Part shown: positions 25,301 to 37,973 of the stretch, in pieces | Layout: the number at the start of each line of letters is the position of its first letter | Numbering within the stretch: the stretch's first letter is position 1 | Assembly: GCA_028826165.1 (NCBI GenBank) | Contig: JAPDFW010000087.1 | Coordinates: 248,001-312,000, forward strand | DNA from: Anaeramoeba ignava BMAN | Lineage: Eukaryota > Protista > Anaeramoebae | Direction of reading: 5' to 3' | DNA length: 64,000 bases | The notes under the pieces: generated by a model | Database searches by the model: none | Told to the model about the DNA's origin: nothing | What the model saw: the letters and a program-made list of their open reading frames with translations, nothing else | Program-made: the position numbers and the translations under genes

Positions 25301-26252
25301 GATTTTGATTTTGTTCTTGCTTTAGATTTTCAATAGTATTCGAAAGAACTAAAATTTCTTTTAACTTATCTTTAATAACATTTGTTAAATAAGTAATTTT
25401 AAATTCCAATTTTTGACTATGATATTGAGAACTAATTAGTTCTTTTTCAAGATTTTGAATCTTTTTTTCCATTTCTTGATTAATTTTTATAAAATCAGAG
25501 GTATTAATTTCTTTTTTCTTTGTTTTTTTATGAACAATTTTTTTCTGTTCATTTTCTTGATTAATTTTATGATTTTTTTGAATAATTTTATGTTGATTTT
25601 TATTTTGATTTTGATTTTCATTTTTTTGATTTGGATTTTTTTGATTTGGGTTTTGAGAACTTTTTTTTACAAGTTTTTTATATTTAGGTTTGTATTTATT
25701 CGTATTTACATTTTGATTACTTTGAACAACTTTTTTGATTTTTTTTACAGGATGTTTTGAAATTTCATTTGATTTAGAAATTTCATTTGATCTAGAAATT
25801 TCATTTGATTTTGAAACAACTTTTTCTTCTTTAGAAATTATTTTTGCTTTTTTTTTAACATTTTGTTTCTTATTTGCTATATTTTTTTTGCCAAGCGAAA
25901 TTATTTTTTTCTTCCCAAAAAGAATTTCTTGTGTTTCTTTTGGTTTTTGTTTTGGAATAATTTTTGGAAGTTGAGATTTATAAGTTATTTTGCTTGGCGA
26001 ACGTGATCTTATTTTGTTTGAAGGAAGAAAAGATTTTTTTTGCATTTGATTTAATGATTTTTTTAATTTCACTTGTTTTTTTGTTTCTTTTGTTTTTTTG
26101 GGAATTGTTTTTTGTGTATTTTGTTGTGGAATGTTATTTTGTATGTTTTCTGTAAATGTCTGTTGTATAAAATCAAGTCTTTTTCTTTGCTTTTCAATTG
26201 TTTCCATAAGTGAAATGAGTTTTTCTGAATTACTTGTTAAAACTGTGCTCAT
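22305..26252 (-). CDS. Rho guanine nucleotide exchange factor (coiled coil - IQ - DH - PH)
   Basis: 1315-aa ORF. IQ motif IQSSLRGFLQRK. DH motifs EILDTEIAYVEML, IFSDIENIL, FKIYTQYINNY, LESLLITPIQRIPRYSLLLRELVENT, INERKR. PH motifs RRFILDG, RYCILFNDLLII, KEKWVQSI. Confidence 0.93.
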   Translation of the reverse strand: MSTVLTSNSEKLISLMETIEKQRKRLDFIQQTFTENIQNNIPQQNTQKTIPKKTKETKKQVKLKKSLNQMQKKSFLPSNKIRSRSPSKITYKSQLPKIIPKQKPKETQEILFGKKKIISLGKKNIANKKQNVKKKAKIISKEEKVVSKSNEISRSNEISKSNEISKHPVKKIKKVVQSNQNVNTNKYKPKYKKLVKKSSQNPNQKNPNQKNENQNQNKNQHKIIQKNHKINQENEQKKIVHKKTKKKEINTSDFIKINQEMEKKIQNLEKELISSQYHSQKLEFKITYLTNVIKDKLKEILVLSNTIENLKQEQNQNQNQNQNQNHNHMEIETKIQNEIQNLDKIENQNKNKNQIENQNEIKNEIQNEIQNEIESEIQIKNEIKTEIQNQNEIQSQIQNQIKNENQIQKEIQTQIQILKEKEIENQKNLEKIQNEMETQKQKYLSQIQKLQNKHQKYKKLKENFKTKNKRTEKLENSIKENESEIKHLNSQNKNLNEKIGNLEKEKEMVEKEVNQIKIENEKLKQQLKTKSQDVKTIRQLTKENRLLRLQSQEINQKFNYLNSQNSLLSQSVSEKEKEIKILSDTIAQMKENKISFGDLVKNNLERSSKDSNISPLKMRKRSNSILSIVPDNLAPWQRELQNKKQQNLSMINGFTNIIENQNENQNENQNEIKIENQNQIENQNENQIKNENQIKNQNENQNQNQNQNENQNKNQNENQIKNENQNQNQNQIDFAKEFANFDDKTNKKPKQKFKKIFPIKENLSNEEKITLILENFIPKNQQDLVKNEMQKIISKEIWNKTTELQKTKKEMEEYKINYQDLNQKVEEIYDQSRRAKITTEKENQLLKELLSTKVLNNEDLNKKLTEDVRRENAIKIQSSLRGFLQRKKTKIIKKRMNISQEILDTEIAYVEMLKCARNHYLYPLRKTQLIQEAKIKIIFSDIENILVVNENILNKLRERFHPKPWNFEQKIGDIFLELTPFFKIYTQYINNYNQSIVTLHELKGKNMKFVKFLEEAKTKSEIRNLSLESLLITPIQRIPRYSLLLRELVENTPENHPDYNNLYHALQKTQEIATYINERKRDSENIEKVLRFNRILKNKKFSLASSPARRFILDGDLLVFEGNNVDDMTVINQVHKKHSKITIKKRYCILFNDLLIISKVKRNRANLFKKNAKRQDDILHFKSKIAINFKTKLINLFNDETSFQVQNQNVQEFSKLSTSKKDQEKENNKESQRYFNLFCVLNKKNVLEDDVLENDIQDIQKSRKIRKTQEIQDIKVTFNAESSEIKEKWVQSIISLINAVKRRHKLAETRGLTKK

Positions 26253-26676
26253 TTTTTTTTTTTTAAAGAATTAATTTGCGAAAATATAACAAAAAAACCA
26301 ACAAGAAAAGTAAAATTAGCAAAATGAAAAAAATGATTTTAGTTTTTTTACAAGCAAAAAAAAAAAGGAGAAAAAAATGTTTTAATTTCCTAAATTATTA
26401 TTAAAAAGATTAAAAAAAAAATAAAAAGGAAAAATTTCAAAATTAAATTTTTTTTTCTCTTTTTTTTTGATTAATTAATTAATTAAGGAAAATTTTTAAA
26501 AAGAAAAAGAGAAATTTTAAATTAAGTTGTTTTTGTTTCTATTGAAATTAAAGGAAAGAATAGACCTAAAAAATTAAATAAAAAATTTAAATAAAAAATT
26601 TAAATAAAAAAAATTAATTAAAAAAAGTGGAACAAAATATTTTACAAAGATAGTCAAAATTGAAATGAGATAATTA

Positions 26677-29259
26677 TTAGATGGCCTTATAAGTTTGATT
26701 TCTTTTATCTTTTTTAAAACGATGAAAGAACCAACCACCGATAAAAGTAGCAGCGCCAACCAAACTAACAGATAAGAAAACATAACCGCCTTTCAAACCA
26801 GAACTTGATGAAGTAGGAATTGGTGTTTCTGTTGGACATGGTGAAATTGTGGGACATGGAGGCCATGTATAGCATGGTGTTGGTGTTGGTGGAAATGGAT
26901 CAAAATAACATCCATATTGACTTACGAATGTAACTTCCGTTATTGGGGGAGTTGCTGAAATATCCTCATTAATTTCAACAATTTCACCTTAAATATTAAA
27001 TAAATTAAATAATAAATAAATTAAATATTAAATAAATATTAAATGAATATTAAATATTAAATAAATATTAAATAAATATTAAATAAATATTAAATAAATA
27101 TTAAATAAATATTAAATATTAAATAAATATTAAATAATAAATAAATTAAATATTAAATAAATATTAAATAAATATTAAATAAATATTAAATAAATATTAA
27201 ATAAATATTAAATCAATATTAAATCAATATTAAATAAATATTAAATAAATATTAAATAAATATTAAATAAATATTAAATCAATATTAAATCAATATTAAA
27301 TGAATATTAAAAATTATATATTAAATATTAAATAAATTTTAAATATTATATATTAAATATTAAATATTAAATATTAAATAAATATTAATTTTTTCCTACC
27401 AATTCCTGAATCTGGATCACAAATAAAATCATATCTTAAATTGTGTGATGTTTGATTTTGTGGATCTATAAATTGATATTCAAGTGAAATTCCATCATTA
27501 ATATCTGTAGAACCTGTTAAATACATATAAGAAGAATGATTTAAATCGCCAAGTTGATGACAAAATCCAAAGAGATCTAAACGCCAACCAGGAGAAGTAT
27601 TTGGTATACAACACTAATTATAATTATTATTTTACAAATTAAATCAAATTAAATCAAATCAAATCAAATTAAATTAAATTAAATTAAATTAAATTAAATC
27701 AAATCAAATTAAATTAAATTAAATTAAATCAAATTAAATCAAATATTTAAATTAAATTAAATTAAATATTCAAATTAAATCAAATTAAATATTTAAATTA
27801 AATTAAATCAAATTAAATATTTAAAATTAAATCAAAATAATAATAAATTAAATAAAATTAAATATTTAAATTAAATCAAATTAAATATTTAAATTAAATC
27901 AAATTAAATATTTAAATTAAATCAAATTAAATATTTAAATTAAATCAAATTAAATATTTAAATTAAATTAAATCAAATTAAATTAAATTAAATTAAATTA
28001 AATCAAATCAAATCAAATCAAATTAAATTAAATCAAATTAAATTAAATTAAATCAAATTAAACCAAATCAAATTAAATTAAATTAAATTAAATTAAATTA
28101 AATCAAATTAAATATTTAAATCAAATTACAGGACAAGATGGATCTTCATCATAATTTTGGCAAATAGTTAAGAAATAAGTATCGTTTTGAATATAATTAT
28201 AATAATAATATTCGCTTTTCAATTTTGTAAGATCGAAAAATTCATTTCCGAAAATTGTTTTGCATAAAGTTGGATCAGGTGTTGGACTTGGTTCTGGTGA
28301 TGGAGTTGGTTCTAAACAAGAAAGGTATGTTGCAACATTTATTTGAATATAAGGTGGTGTACTCTCAAGATATTCAAATGCTGATATTATTTCAAATGTT
28401 TCTTTTTCATTGCAAAACATGTTATATTGCATAGAACGAATTACATTTTGTGATCCATCTAATATTTCATAAGTAAGATTCACTCCAACTGAAACTACAT
28501 CTGGATCTAATAAATTCAAATCATTTTAAATTTTAATTTTTGATTTTTGATTTTTGAATTAAATATTAAATTGAATTGAATATTAAATTAAATTGAATAT
28601 TGAATTGAATATTAAATTGGATATTGAATTAAATATTAAATTGAATATTGAATTGAATTGAATATTAAATTGAATATTGAATTGAATATTGAATTGAATA
28701 TTAAATTGAATATTGAATTGAATATTGAATTGAATATTAAATTGAATTAAATTGAATATTGAATTGAATATTAAATTAAATTGAATATTAAATTGAATTA
28801 AATTGAATATTAAATTGAATTAAATTGAATATTAAATTAAATATTAAATTGATTTTTGAATTGAATTAAATTGAATTAAATATTGAATTAAATTAAATTG
28901 AATTGAATATTAAATTAAATATTGAATTTTTAATTGAAAATACCAATGTGATTCCAAATTTCACTGTTTGAAAAAGATCCCCAATTAACACAATCAGTTT
29001 GATTATAAGTAATTCCTGTAAAATTATTTGAAGTATTACAACAAGAACATTGATTTGGGGAAATTGAACCTAATGGACCACAAAGATTTATAAAATAACG
29101 AATTTGTTCATCAAGATCATAATATTGATAATTTGAACCAATTTTTTGTGCTGTAGTAAAATTATAAGTATGTGTAGAGGTTTGCCAAACACAAACTTCA
29201 GCAGAAGATAAATGAATAAAAGAAAAAAGAAAAAAGAAAAAGAAAAAATTTTTATTCAT
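26677..29259 (-). CDS. Type I membrane protein with two MRH (mannose-6-phosphate-receptor homology)-like domains, M6PR/ATG27-like; exons 29259-28944, 28506-28130, 27613-27400, 26987-26677
   Basis: Signal peptide, then two repeats of C.....(Y/F)(N/D)(F/L)T....YF(I/L)x(L/I)C...CC...C..xG...G(V/I).LxY....xC(N/D)..C. These are followed by a Pro/Thr stalk, a TM (GGYVFLSVSLVGAATFIGGWFF) and a tail ending YKAI*. All three GT-AG introns are phase-compatible. Confidence 0.75.
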
Positions 29260-29314
29260 TTTTGAAAAATGAAAAATGAAAAATGAAAAATGAAAAATTA
29301 AAAATGAAAAATTA

Positions 29315-30150
29315 AATCAATTTCCAAATTAAATTCAAAATCAATTTCAAAATCAAATATTTAAATCAATTTCCAAATAAATTTCCAAATAAATTTCCAA
29401 ATCAATTTCAAAATAAATTTCAAAATCAATTTCAAAATCAATTTCAAAATCAATTTCTAAATCAATTTCAAAATCAATTTCCAAATCAATTTCCAAAATC
29501 AATTTCCAAATCAATTTCAAAATCAAATATTTAAATCAATTTCCAAATCAATTTCCAAATCAATTTCAAAATCAATTTCAAAATCAATTTCCAAATCAAT
29601 TTCCAAATCAATTTCAAAATCAATTTCAAAATCAATTTCAAAATCAAATATTTAAATCAATTTCAAAATCAATTTCCAAAATCAATTTCAAAATCAATTT
29701 CCAAAATCAATTTCAAAATCAATTTCCAAATCAATTTCAAAATCAATTTCCAAATCAATTTCCAAATCAATTTCAAAATCAAATATTTAAATCAATTTCA
29801 AAATCAATTTCCAAATCAATTTCAAAATCAATTTCAAAATCAAATATTTAAATCAATTTCAAAATCAATTTCCAAATCAATTTCAAAATCAATTTCAAAA
29901 TCAATTTCAAAATCAATTTCAAAATCAATTTCAAAATAAATTTCAAAATCAATTTCAAAATCAATTTCCTAAACCAATTTCCAAATCAATTTCCAAATCA
30001 ATCTCCAAATCAATTTCAAAATCAAATATTTAAATCAATTTCAAAATCAATTTCCAAATCAATTTCAAAATCAATTTCAAAATCAAATATTTAAATCAAT
30101 TTCAAAATCAAAATCAATTTCCAAATTAATTTCAAAATCAATTTCAAAAT
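29315..30150. repeat. 11-bp unit (AAATCAATTTC) tandem array
   Basis: Directly visible; divergent intergenic region. Confidence 0.95.
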
Positions 30151-30274
30151 TAAAATAACAAAAAAATTTAAATAAAAAGTGGAATTTTATTTATTTTTCC
30201 TTTTTTATTTTTTCATTTTTCATTTTTCATTTTTCATTTTTCCTTTTTTCATTTTTCATTTTTGTTCTAAAATT

Positions 30275-33200
30275 ATGAATCGACACAACAGAAGAGGTTT
30301 TAAAAATTCACCAAATCGTAAATTCCGAAACCAAAAGCCGTTTCACAAAGGAAGAAAACAAAGAGATCATTTCAAAAAAATTACAGGAGAAGTTTATTTA
30401 ATGGCTTATGCAGTTTCTAACGTTGTTTCTGATAATGAAGTTCAATTAGAATTTAGAATTCGTAACAAACATTTCCAAACAAAACCTGAAAAATCACATG
30501 GTTCTCAAGTTTTATTTCAGGAAGAATTTAAACAAGAATCTCACATGTTTCAAAATCCTCAAACTGGATTTTATCGAAGAACACCACTTGAAATCAAACT
30601 TTTTGAAGTAACTTTTATTTAAAAATTAAATTAAGAATTTTAATTAAAAAATTCAATTAAAAAATTCAATTAAAAATTTAATTAAAAATTCAATTAAAAA
30701 TTTAATTAAAAATTCAATTAATAATTCAATTAATAATTCATTTAATAATTCATTTAAAAATTTAATTAAAAATTCAATTAAAAATTTAATTAATAATTAA
30801 ATTAATAATTCAATTAATAATTCAATTAATAATTTAATTAAAAATTCATTTAATAATTTAATAAATTCATTTTGAATCTCCTTTTTTTTTTAGGTTACAG
30901 AACCAGTTTTTAATTCTTATGAAGAATATGAAAAGATAAAGAGAATTCAAATTCATAAAAGTAGACCTCGTTTATCATCTGAAGAAATTACTACAAAAAT
31001 TATGGCAGGTTGGAAAAAAATTCAACAAAATGTAATTTTCCGAATTTCCTTTTTTAATTTTAATTTTAATTTTAATTTTAATTTTAATTTTAATTTTAAT
31101 TTTAATTTTAAATTTAATTTTAATTTAAATTTTAATTTTAATTTTAATTTTATTTTTAATTTTAATTTTAATTTTAATTTTAATTTTATTTTTAATTTTA
31201 ATTTTAATTTTAATTTTAATTTTAATTTTAATTTTAATTTTAATTTTAATTTTAATTTTAATTTTAATTTTAATTTTGATTTTTAATTTTAATTTTAATT
31301 TTAATTTTAATTTTAATTTTAAATTTTTAAATTAATTTTAATTTTAATTTAGAAAAAGCCAGCAAAACCAAAACGGAAATTCATTTCAAATGCGAAAATA
31401 GAAATTGGGAATATTTTCACATACCAAAAAGCATTACCAATAGTTGTTAAATTGAAAACGAAAAAACTATTACAACAATCACTTTTTATATTTATTCGAG
31501 GATATCCATCAACTTCTTTACCATTAAGAGAAGATTGGCTTTCAAACGAAATTAGAAGTAGTTTATCGAATTTGAATACAAAAATATTTTCAGAAGGTTC
31601 AATTAATGAATCCAATTTAGAAGACAAGAACGAAAGTGATAGTGATTCTGATGATAGCGATGATAATGATGATGATGGTGACTCTGATAATGATGATGAC
31701 TCTGGTAATGATGGTAATGATAATGGTAATGATAATAGTAATGATAATAGTAATGATAATAGTAATGATAATCAAAGTATTGAATCAAAATTCACCGTTA
31801 AACATGAACCTGAACCTATTGATAGTAACTTCAATTTAATTGAAAATCTTGGAAGACCTGAAGTTATTGAATTAAAACATACAAGAAAACCTAAACCACC
31901 TAAAGTTAATTTATCTTTCAAAAAAACAAATTTCAGATATTTAATTATAAATAATATTTAATTATAATATTTATTTATAATATTTATTTTAATATTTATA
32001 ATATTTATTTATAATATTTATAATATTTATTTAATTATAATATTTATTTATAATATTTATTTATAATATTTATTTTATATATTTATTTATAATATTTATT
32101 TAATATTTATAATATTTATTTATAATATTTATTTATAATATTTATTTATAATATTTATAATATTTATAATATTTATTTATAATATTTATTTTATAATATT
32201 TATTTATTTATAATATTTATAATATTTATTTATTTATAATATTTATTTATATTTATTTTATTTATAATATTTATTTATAATATTTAATTTATAATATTTA
32301 TTTATATATTTATTTATAATATTTATTTATTTATAATATTTATAATATTATTTATAATATTTATAATATATTTATTTTGTTTTAATATTTATTTATAATA
32401 TTTATAATATTTATTTATAATATTTATAATATTTATAATTTTTTATAATATTTTATTTATAATATTTATTTATAATATTTTATTTATATTATTAATAATT
32501 TATAATATTTATTATATTTATAATATTTATTTATAATATTTATTTAATATTTATAATATTTATTTATAATATTTATTTTTAATATTTTTTATAATTTATT
32601 TTAATATTTATTTATAATGTTATTTATTTATTTGTTTATATTTTTTTTTATAATATTTTTAATATTTTATTATAATATTTATTTATAATATTTATTTATA
32701 ATATTTATTTATAATATTTATTTATAATATTTATAATATTTATTTATAATAATATTTATTTATAATATTTATTTATAATATTTATTATTTTATTTATAAT
32801 ATTTATTTTAATATTTTATAATATTTATTTATTTATAATAATTTTTTAATTATTATTTATATTAATTTTTATAATATTTTATATTTATTTTTTATATATT
32901 TATTTATAATATTTATATAATATTTATAATATTTATTTTATTTATTTTTTATAATATTTAATATTTATTTAATATTTATTTATTTATTTATTATAATATT
33001 ATAAATTTTATAATATTTATTTTTTATTACATTTATATTTTATTTATTTTATAATTTTATTTTATAATTTTATTTTATATTTAATTTTTGTTTATAATAT
33101 TTTATTTATAATATTTATTTATAATAAATATTTATTTATAATATTTATTTTATAATATTTATAATTATTTATAATATTTATTTATAATATTTATTTATAA

Positions 33201-33755
33201 TATTTAATTATAATATTTATAATAATTATTTATAATAATTATATAATATATTTATAATTTTTAATTTTATAATATTTATTTTATATTATTTTTTATTTTA
33301 ATATTTATTTATAATATTTATAATAATATTTATTATAATATTTATAATATTTTTATATAATATTTATAATATTTATTTATAATATTTAATTATAATATTT
33401 ATTATATTTATTTATATAATATTTATAATATTTATTTATAATATTTATTTATAATATTTATTTATAATAATATTTATAATATTTATTTATATAATATTTA
33501 TTTAATATTTATTAGGATGATCAAGAAAGAAAATTTTTAGAGAAAATTAAAAAATTAAAATCTCAAAATAGGTCATTAAAGAATAAGGTTTCTGAATTAG
33601 AAGAATTACTTTCAAAACAAACACCAACACAAATACCAACACAAATATCAACACCAACACCAATACCAGACTATTCCGATAAAAATAACACTAATGAAGC
33701 AGAAGAAGCTTTACTTCGAGTTGTTTCTTTAATCAAACAATTTGAAAAAGCTTAA
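30275..33755 (+). CDS. NT-C2 (EEIG1/EHBP1-type) domain protein with acidic linker and C-terminal coiled coil; exons 30275-30607, 30894-31031, 31353-31904, 33516-33755
   Basis: The four exons join in phase 0. The pattern FQTK....VLFQEEF....MF......Y....LEIKLFEV...KRKFISNAKIEIG resembles NT-C2. A D/N-rich tract is followed by the coiled coil EKIKKLKSQNRSLKNKVSELEELL. The third donor (GTTAAT) is the least certain. Confidence 0.6.
31940..33510. repeat. Degenerate ~13-bp (TATTTATAATATT) array filling the third intron of the NT-C2 gene
   Basis: Directly visible; almost pure A/T. Confidence 0.9.
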
Positions 33756-34436
33756 TTTCAAAACAAAACAAATTTAATCATTTCAAATTTAATTCTAAAT
33801 TCAATTTTAAATCTAATTCCTTTATTTGGATCTTTATTCAAAACAACTTTTAAATTCATTTCAACATTTTTCCAAAATTTTTCCTTAATTTTTTTTTCCC
33901 TTTCAAAAAACAGTTTATTTTTTTTTTTTTTGATCTCAATTTTCGCAATTTTTTTTTTAATAAAAAAATCCACTTATTTTAATTTAATTTTTGAATTAAA
34001 TTTTAATTATAAATTAATAAGAAATTTAATTTAAACTAAATTATTATTTTTTGATCTAAATTTAATTTAATTTAATTTAATTTAATTTAATTTAATTTAA
34101 TTTAATTTAATATAAATCTTTTTTTCTTTTTTCTTTTTCTTTTAATTTAAATAAAAAAAAAAATTCAAAATTACTAAAAAATGACTACATTTTGCCTTCA
34201 AAAAAAAAATAAAAAAAATTTGATCTTTTTTTAATTTTTTTTTTTCTTATTTAAATTTTAAATTAATTTAAATTAAAAAAATAATAAAATTCACTTTTTG
34301 TTCTTCTCTTTTAAATTTCTTTTTTTTTTTTAATTTTTATCATTTTTTTCACTTTTCAAATCCTTTTTAAATTTAAAAAAAATCCCCATTCCAAAAACAA
34401 AAAAAAAACAATTTATAATTTAAATTATAAATTAAA

Positions 34437-37084
34437 ATGAGTTTTCTATTTGATAATTATTTTTTTGATAATTTTAATGATTATGGAGATCCTTTTGCAG
34501 ATGATACTGAAATCAATTTCCTTTTTGATTCAAATAATTTTGATTTTACAGAAAACTCAGTTTTACCAGAAATTCAACCATTTTCTAAATTTGAGTAAAA
34601 AATTAAATTTATTACTTCAATTTTAATAATAATTTTAATAATAAATTTAATAATAAATTTAATAATAAATTTAATAATAATTTTAATAATAATTTTAATA
34701 ATAATTTTAATAATAATTTTAATAATAATTTTAATAATAAATTTATTTATAATTTTAATAATAATTTTAATAATAATTTTAATAATAAATATAATAATAA
34801 TTTTAATAATAAATTTTAATAATAAATTTAATAATAATTTTAATAATAAATTTAATAATAATTTTAATAATAAATTTTAATAATAAATTTAATAATAATT
34901 TTAATAATAAATTTAATAATAAATTTAATAATAAATTTAATAATAATTTTAATAATAAATTTAATAATAAATTTAATAATAAATTTAATAATAAATTTAA
35001 TAATAAATTTAATAATAATTTTAATAATAAATTTAATAATAAATTTAATAATAAATTTAATAATAATTTTAATAATAATTTTAATAATAATTTTAATAAT
35101 AAATTTAATAATATAAATTTAATAATAATAAATTTAATAATAAATTTAATAATAATTTTAATAATAAATTTAATAACAAATAATTTTTAATAATAAATTT
35201 AATAATAATTTTAATAATAAATATAATAATAATTTTAATAATAAATTTAATAATAAATTTAATAATAAATTTAATAATAAATTTAATAATAAATTTAATA
35301 ATCATTTGAAATTTTTAGATCAAAACAAAATACTCAAAATTTATTAAAATGTAATGAAAAAAAGATACCTTCACAAAGTGTTCATCAACAACAACAACAA
35401 CAAGATAATCAACAAAGTTTTCAATCAATAAAAGCACTTCAATCTAATGAATCAAAAAATGAATCAAATGAATCGAATCAATTAAAAAATGAATTAAATA
35501 ATCAATTAAATAATCAATCAAATAATTTTCAAGCTAAATTACCACGAAGAAACAAAAAAACAAAATCACAAGATTTGCAACTTCCAAATACTCATCTAAA
35601 AAGACAAAGAAAAACAAGCAAAAAAAAAAACAACAAAAAAAAAAGCAAAAAAAATAGTGAAGGAAAACAAAATAAAACAGAAAGACCATATCTATTACAA
35701 TATGCAGGTAAATTTGGCATTCGAAGACTTCAACCTTTTTGGGATTTACTCACAAAACGAATTGAGAAACAAAAGGAATCTGAACTGGCAAATCAAGAAA
35801 CAATGGAAAAAAAGCAAAAAAAACGGACTCGATTTGTAAAATCCAAAGAAGCAGCAAAACACTTCTCAGAGATTGAATGGCATGAAGAGGAGATTGAAAT
35901 GCTCAAGCACTTTGTTGTTCCATTTGGTCGTGACTGGAAAAAACTCTCATCTTTAATGGGGAAATATAAAGAGTCCAACACAAATAAAGATGCTTTATTA
36001 CAGAAAAAGAGTTGATGTTTTTTCAACTGCACTTGGACTTGATGAACGCAATAAAGAACCAAATACTCCAGCTGAAGACGATTTGGATCCCAGCAAAAAC
36101 ATCATGAAAAAAAGAATCCAAGATACAGAAACAATCACAGTTATTCCAAAAAGCAAGTATCGTGATCACGCAATTGATCACAAAAAAAATTCGACAAAAC
36201 AAAATAAAATAGAAAATGACAAGCAGAAATCTCTAAAGGATTTGACACTAAAATTGACAACTAGCAGATCTACATTGCCTCATTCAGTGAGCCTTGAGAA
36301 TATAAGGTTTCTTCTTGGAACTTCAAAACCCCCTGCTTTTCCATCACGCAATTTATCTTTTCCTTTGAGATCGCCACCTTTTGTTGCGCCAAACGAATCC
36401 ATCGAAGCTGCACAGTCTCTTCTTTCAAAAATGCCAAAAATTAATGTAACGGATTTGAAGGAATGGTCGTCTTTTTTTGATAAGGTCTCTTTGCTTGGCC
36501 AAGATGAACCTGACTTAAATCTCCTTGTTTTCTCTCAAAATCCTAGTCTTGATTTTGATCAATTAAAAATTGCCGAACCTCATGTTTTTTATGCTGATTA
36601 TCCTTCAATTTTTGGAGACAATTTCGATTATTCTGAAATGGAAAAAAAAATCGAAGAAATTCGCAATTCAAAAATGGATCCAAAAGAAACCCATTTTGTT
36701 CCTAATTTTGTTGCTGTTTTACTTGCTTTGAATAATGCAATCAATCTTACTTTAAGAGAAGCTTCTAATTTTCCCGAAATAATTTTTCAAACCGTTTTGA
36801 AAAGATCTGAATTCGATCCGGAATTAACTTCTTTAACTGATGAAAGTGTTGGATCTCTTAAACTGTTTTTGGCTTGGCTTGAATTGAGATTGCAAGTTAG
36901 AAATGTTCTTCAAATTCATGCTGAAAAAATTAGTCTTGAACATATTCAAAATAATCAAGAATGTGATGATTTAAATGAAATTTTAGTTAGAATGAGTAAT
37001 TTGTCAAATGAAATGAGTACTTTTAAGAAAATGTTATTGAGGATTGCAACAGAATTATTCATTTCTTATATAACAACAATTTAA
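34437..37084 (+). CDS. SANT/Myb-domain protein; exons 34437-34594 and 35319-37084, with a 1-nt frameshift near 35958-35964
   Basis: Intron GTAAAA(34595)..TTAG(35318) joins in frame to ORF 35575-36015. The SANT motif WHEEEIEMLKHFVVPFGRDWKKLSSLMG continues as NIKSPTQIKMLYYRKR in the frame of ORF 35990-37084 if one base of GGGGAAA is removed. Confidence 0.7.
34620..35302. repeat. 12-bp unit (TTTAATAATAAA/T) array filling the SANT gene intron
   Basis: Directly visible. Confidence 0.9.
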
Positions 37085-37973
37085 ACAAATATAAATTTAA
37101 ACAAATACAAATTTAATTAAATACAAATTTAATTAAAACGGATATAAATAAGATCGAATTGGATTATTTTGATCACAATAAGAATAACAGCAAAGAAAAA
37201 CACTTAAATTTACTTTTAAATTTACTTTCAAATTTACTTTTAAATTTACTTTCAAATTTACTGATCTTTCTTTTCTTCTTTTTTTTTTGATTTAATTTGT
37301 TCCATTTGTTACTTTTTCTTTCTTTCTTTTTTTTTTTAAAATAGACTCATTTCTTTTTGTAATTGGTTTTTTTTTTCTTTTTGAAAATTTAAAAAAAAAA
37401 TGGATAATAAAAATCTTAATGAGTTAAATTTAAATTTTTTATTTTAAAAAGAAAGGTTTTTTTTTTTGCTATAAAAGTTTGGGGTGTATTAAAGAAAAAG
37501 AGATCAGAAGAAGGAAATTTAAAAAAAAACAATTAAAACTTAAAGTTAAAAATTAAAAAAAATTTTTTATTAATTATTTTTATATTTTAAGATTTATTTT
37601 TTATTTTATTTTTAATTTTAATTTTATTTTATTTTTGATAGGTAAATTTGCCTTTTAAATTTTTTATTAACCAATTATACCCCTTAAAAAACAAAAAAAA
37701 ACAAATTAAAAAATTAATTAAAAATGTTTATTTTTTTGATCATTTTAATTTTTTTTATTTAAATTTTTTTTTTTTTTTAAAATAATATTATTCATTTTTT
37801 CTTTCTTTCTTTCTTTAATCTTTTCCTTTTTTCTTTTTTACTTTTTAATTTTCTTTTTTTTTTTTCTTTTACATTTTAATCCCTTTCAAATAAAAATTCT
37901 TTTTTTTTTTTTAAAATAAATAATTTTTCAAAAAACAAAAAACAAAACAAAAAACATACTAATTAAATTTTTA

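Noticed and set aside
26574-26783. 69-aa hydrophobic ORF
   Set aside because: An alternative frame overlapping the true last exon of the MRH receptor, which ends YKAI* at 26677.
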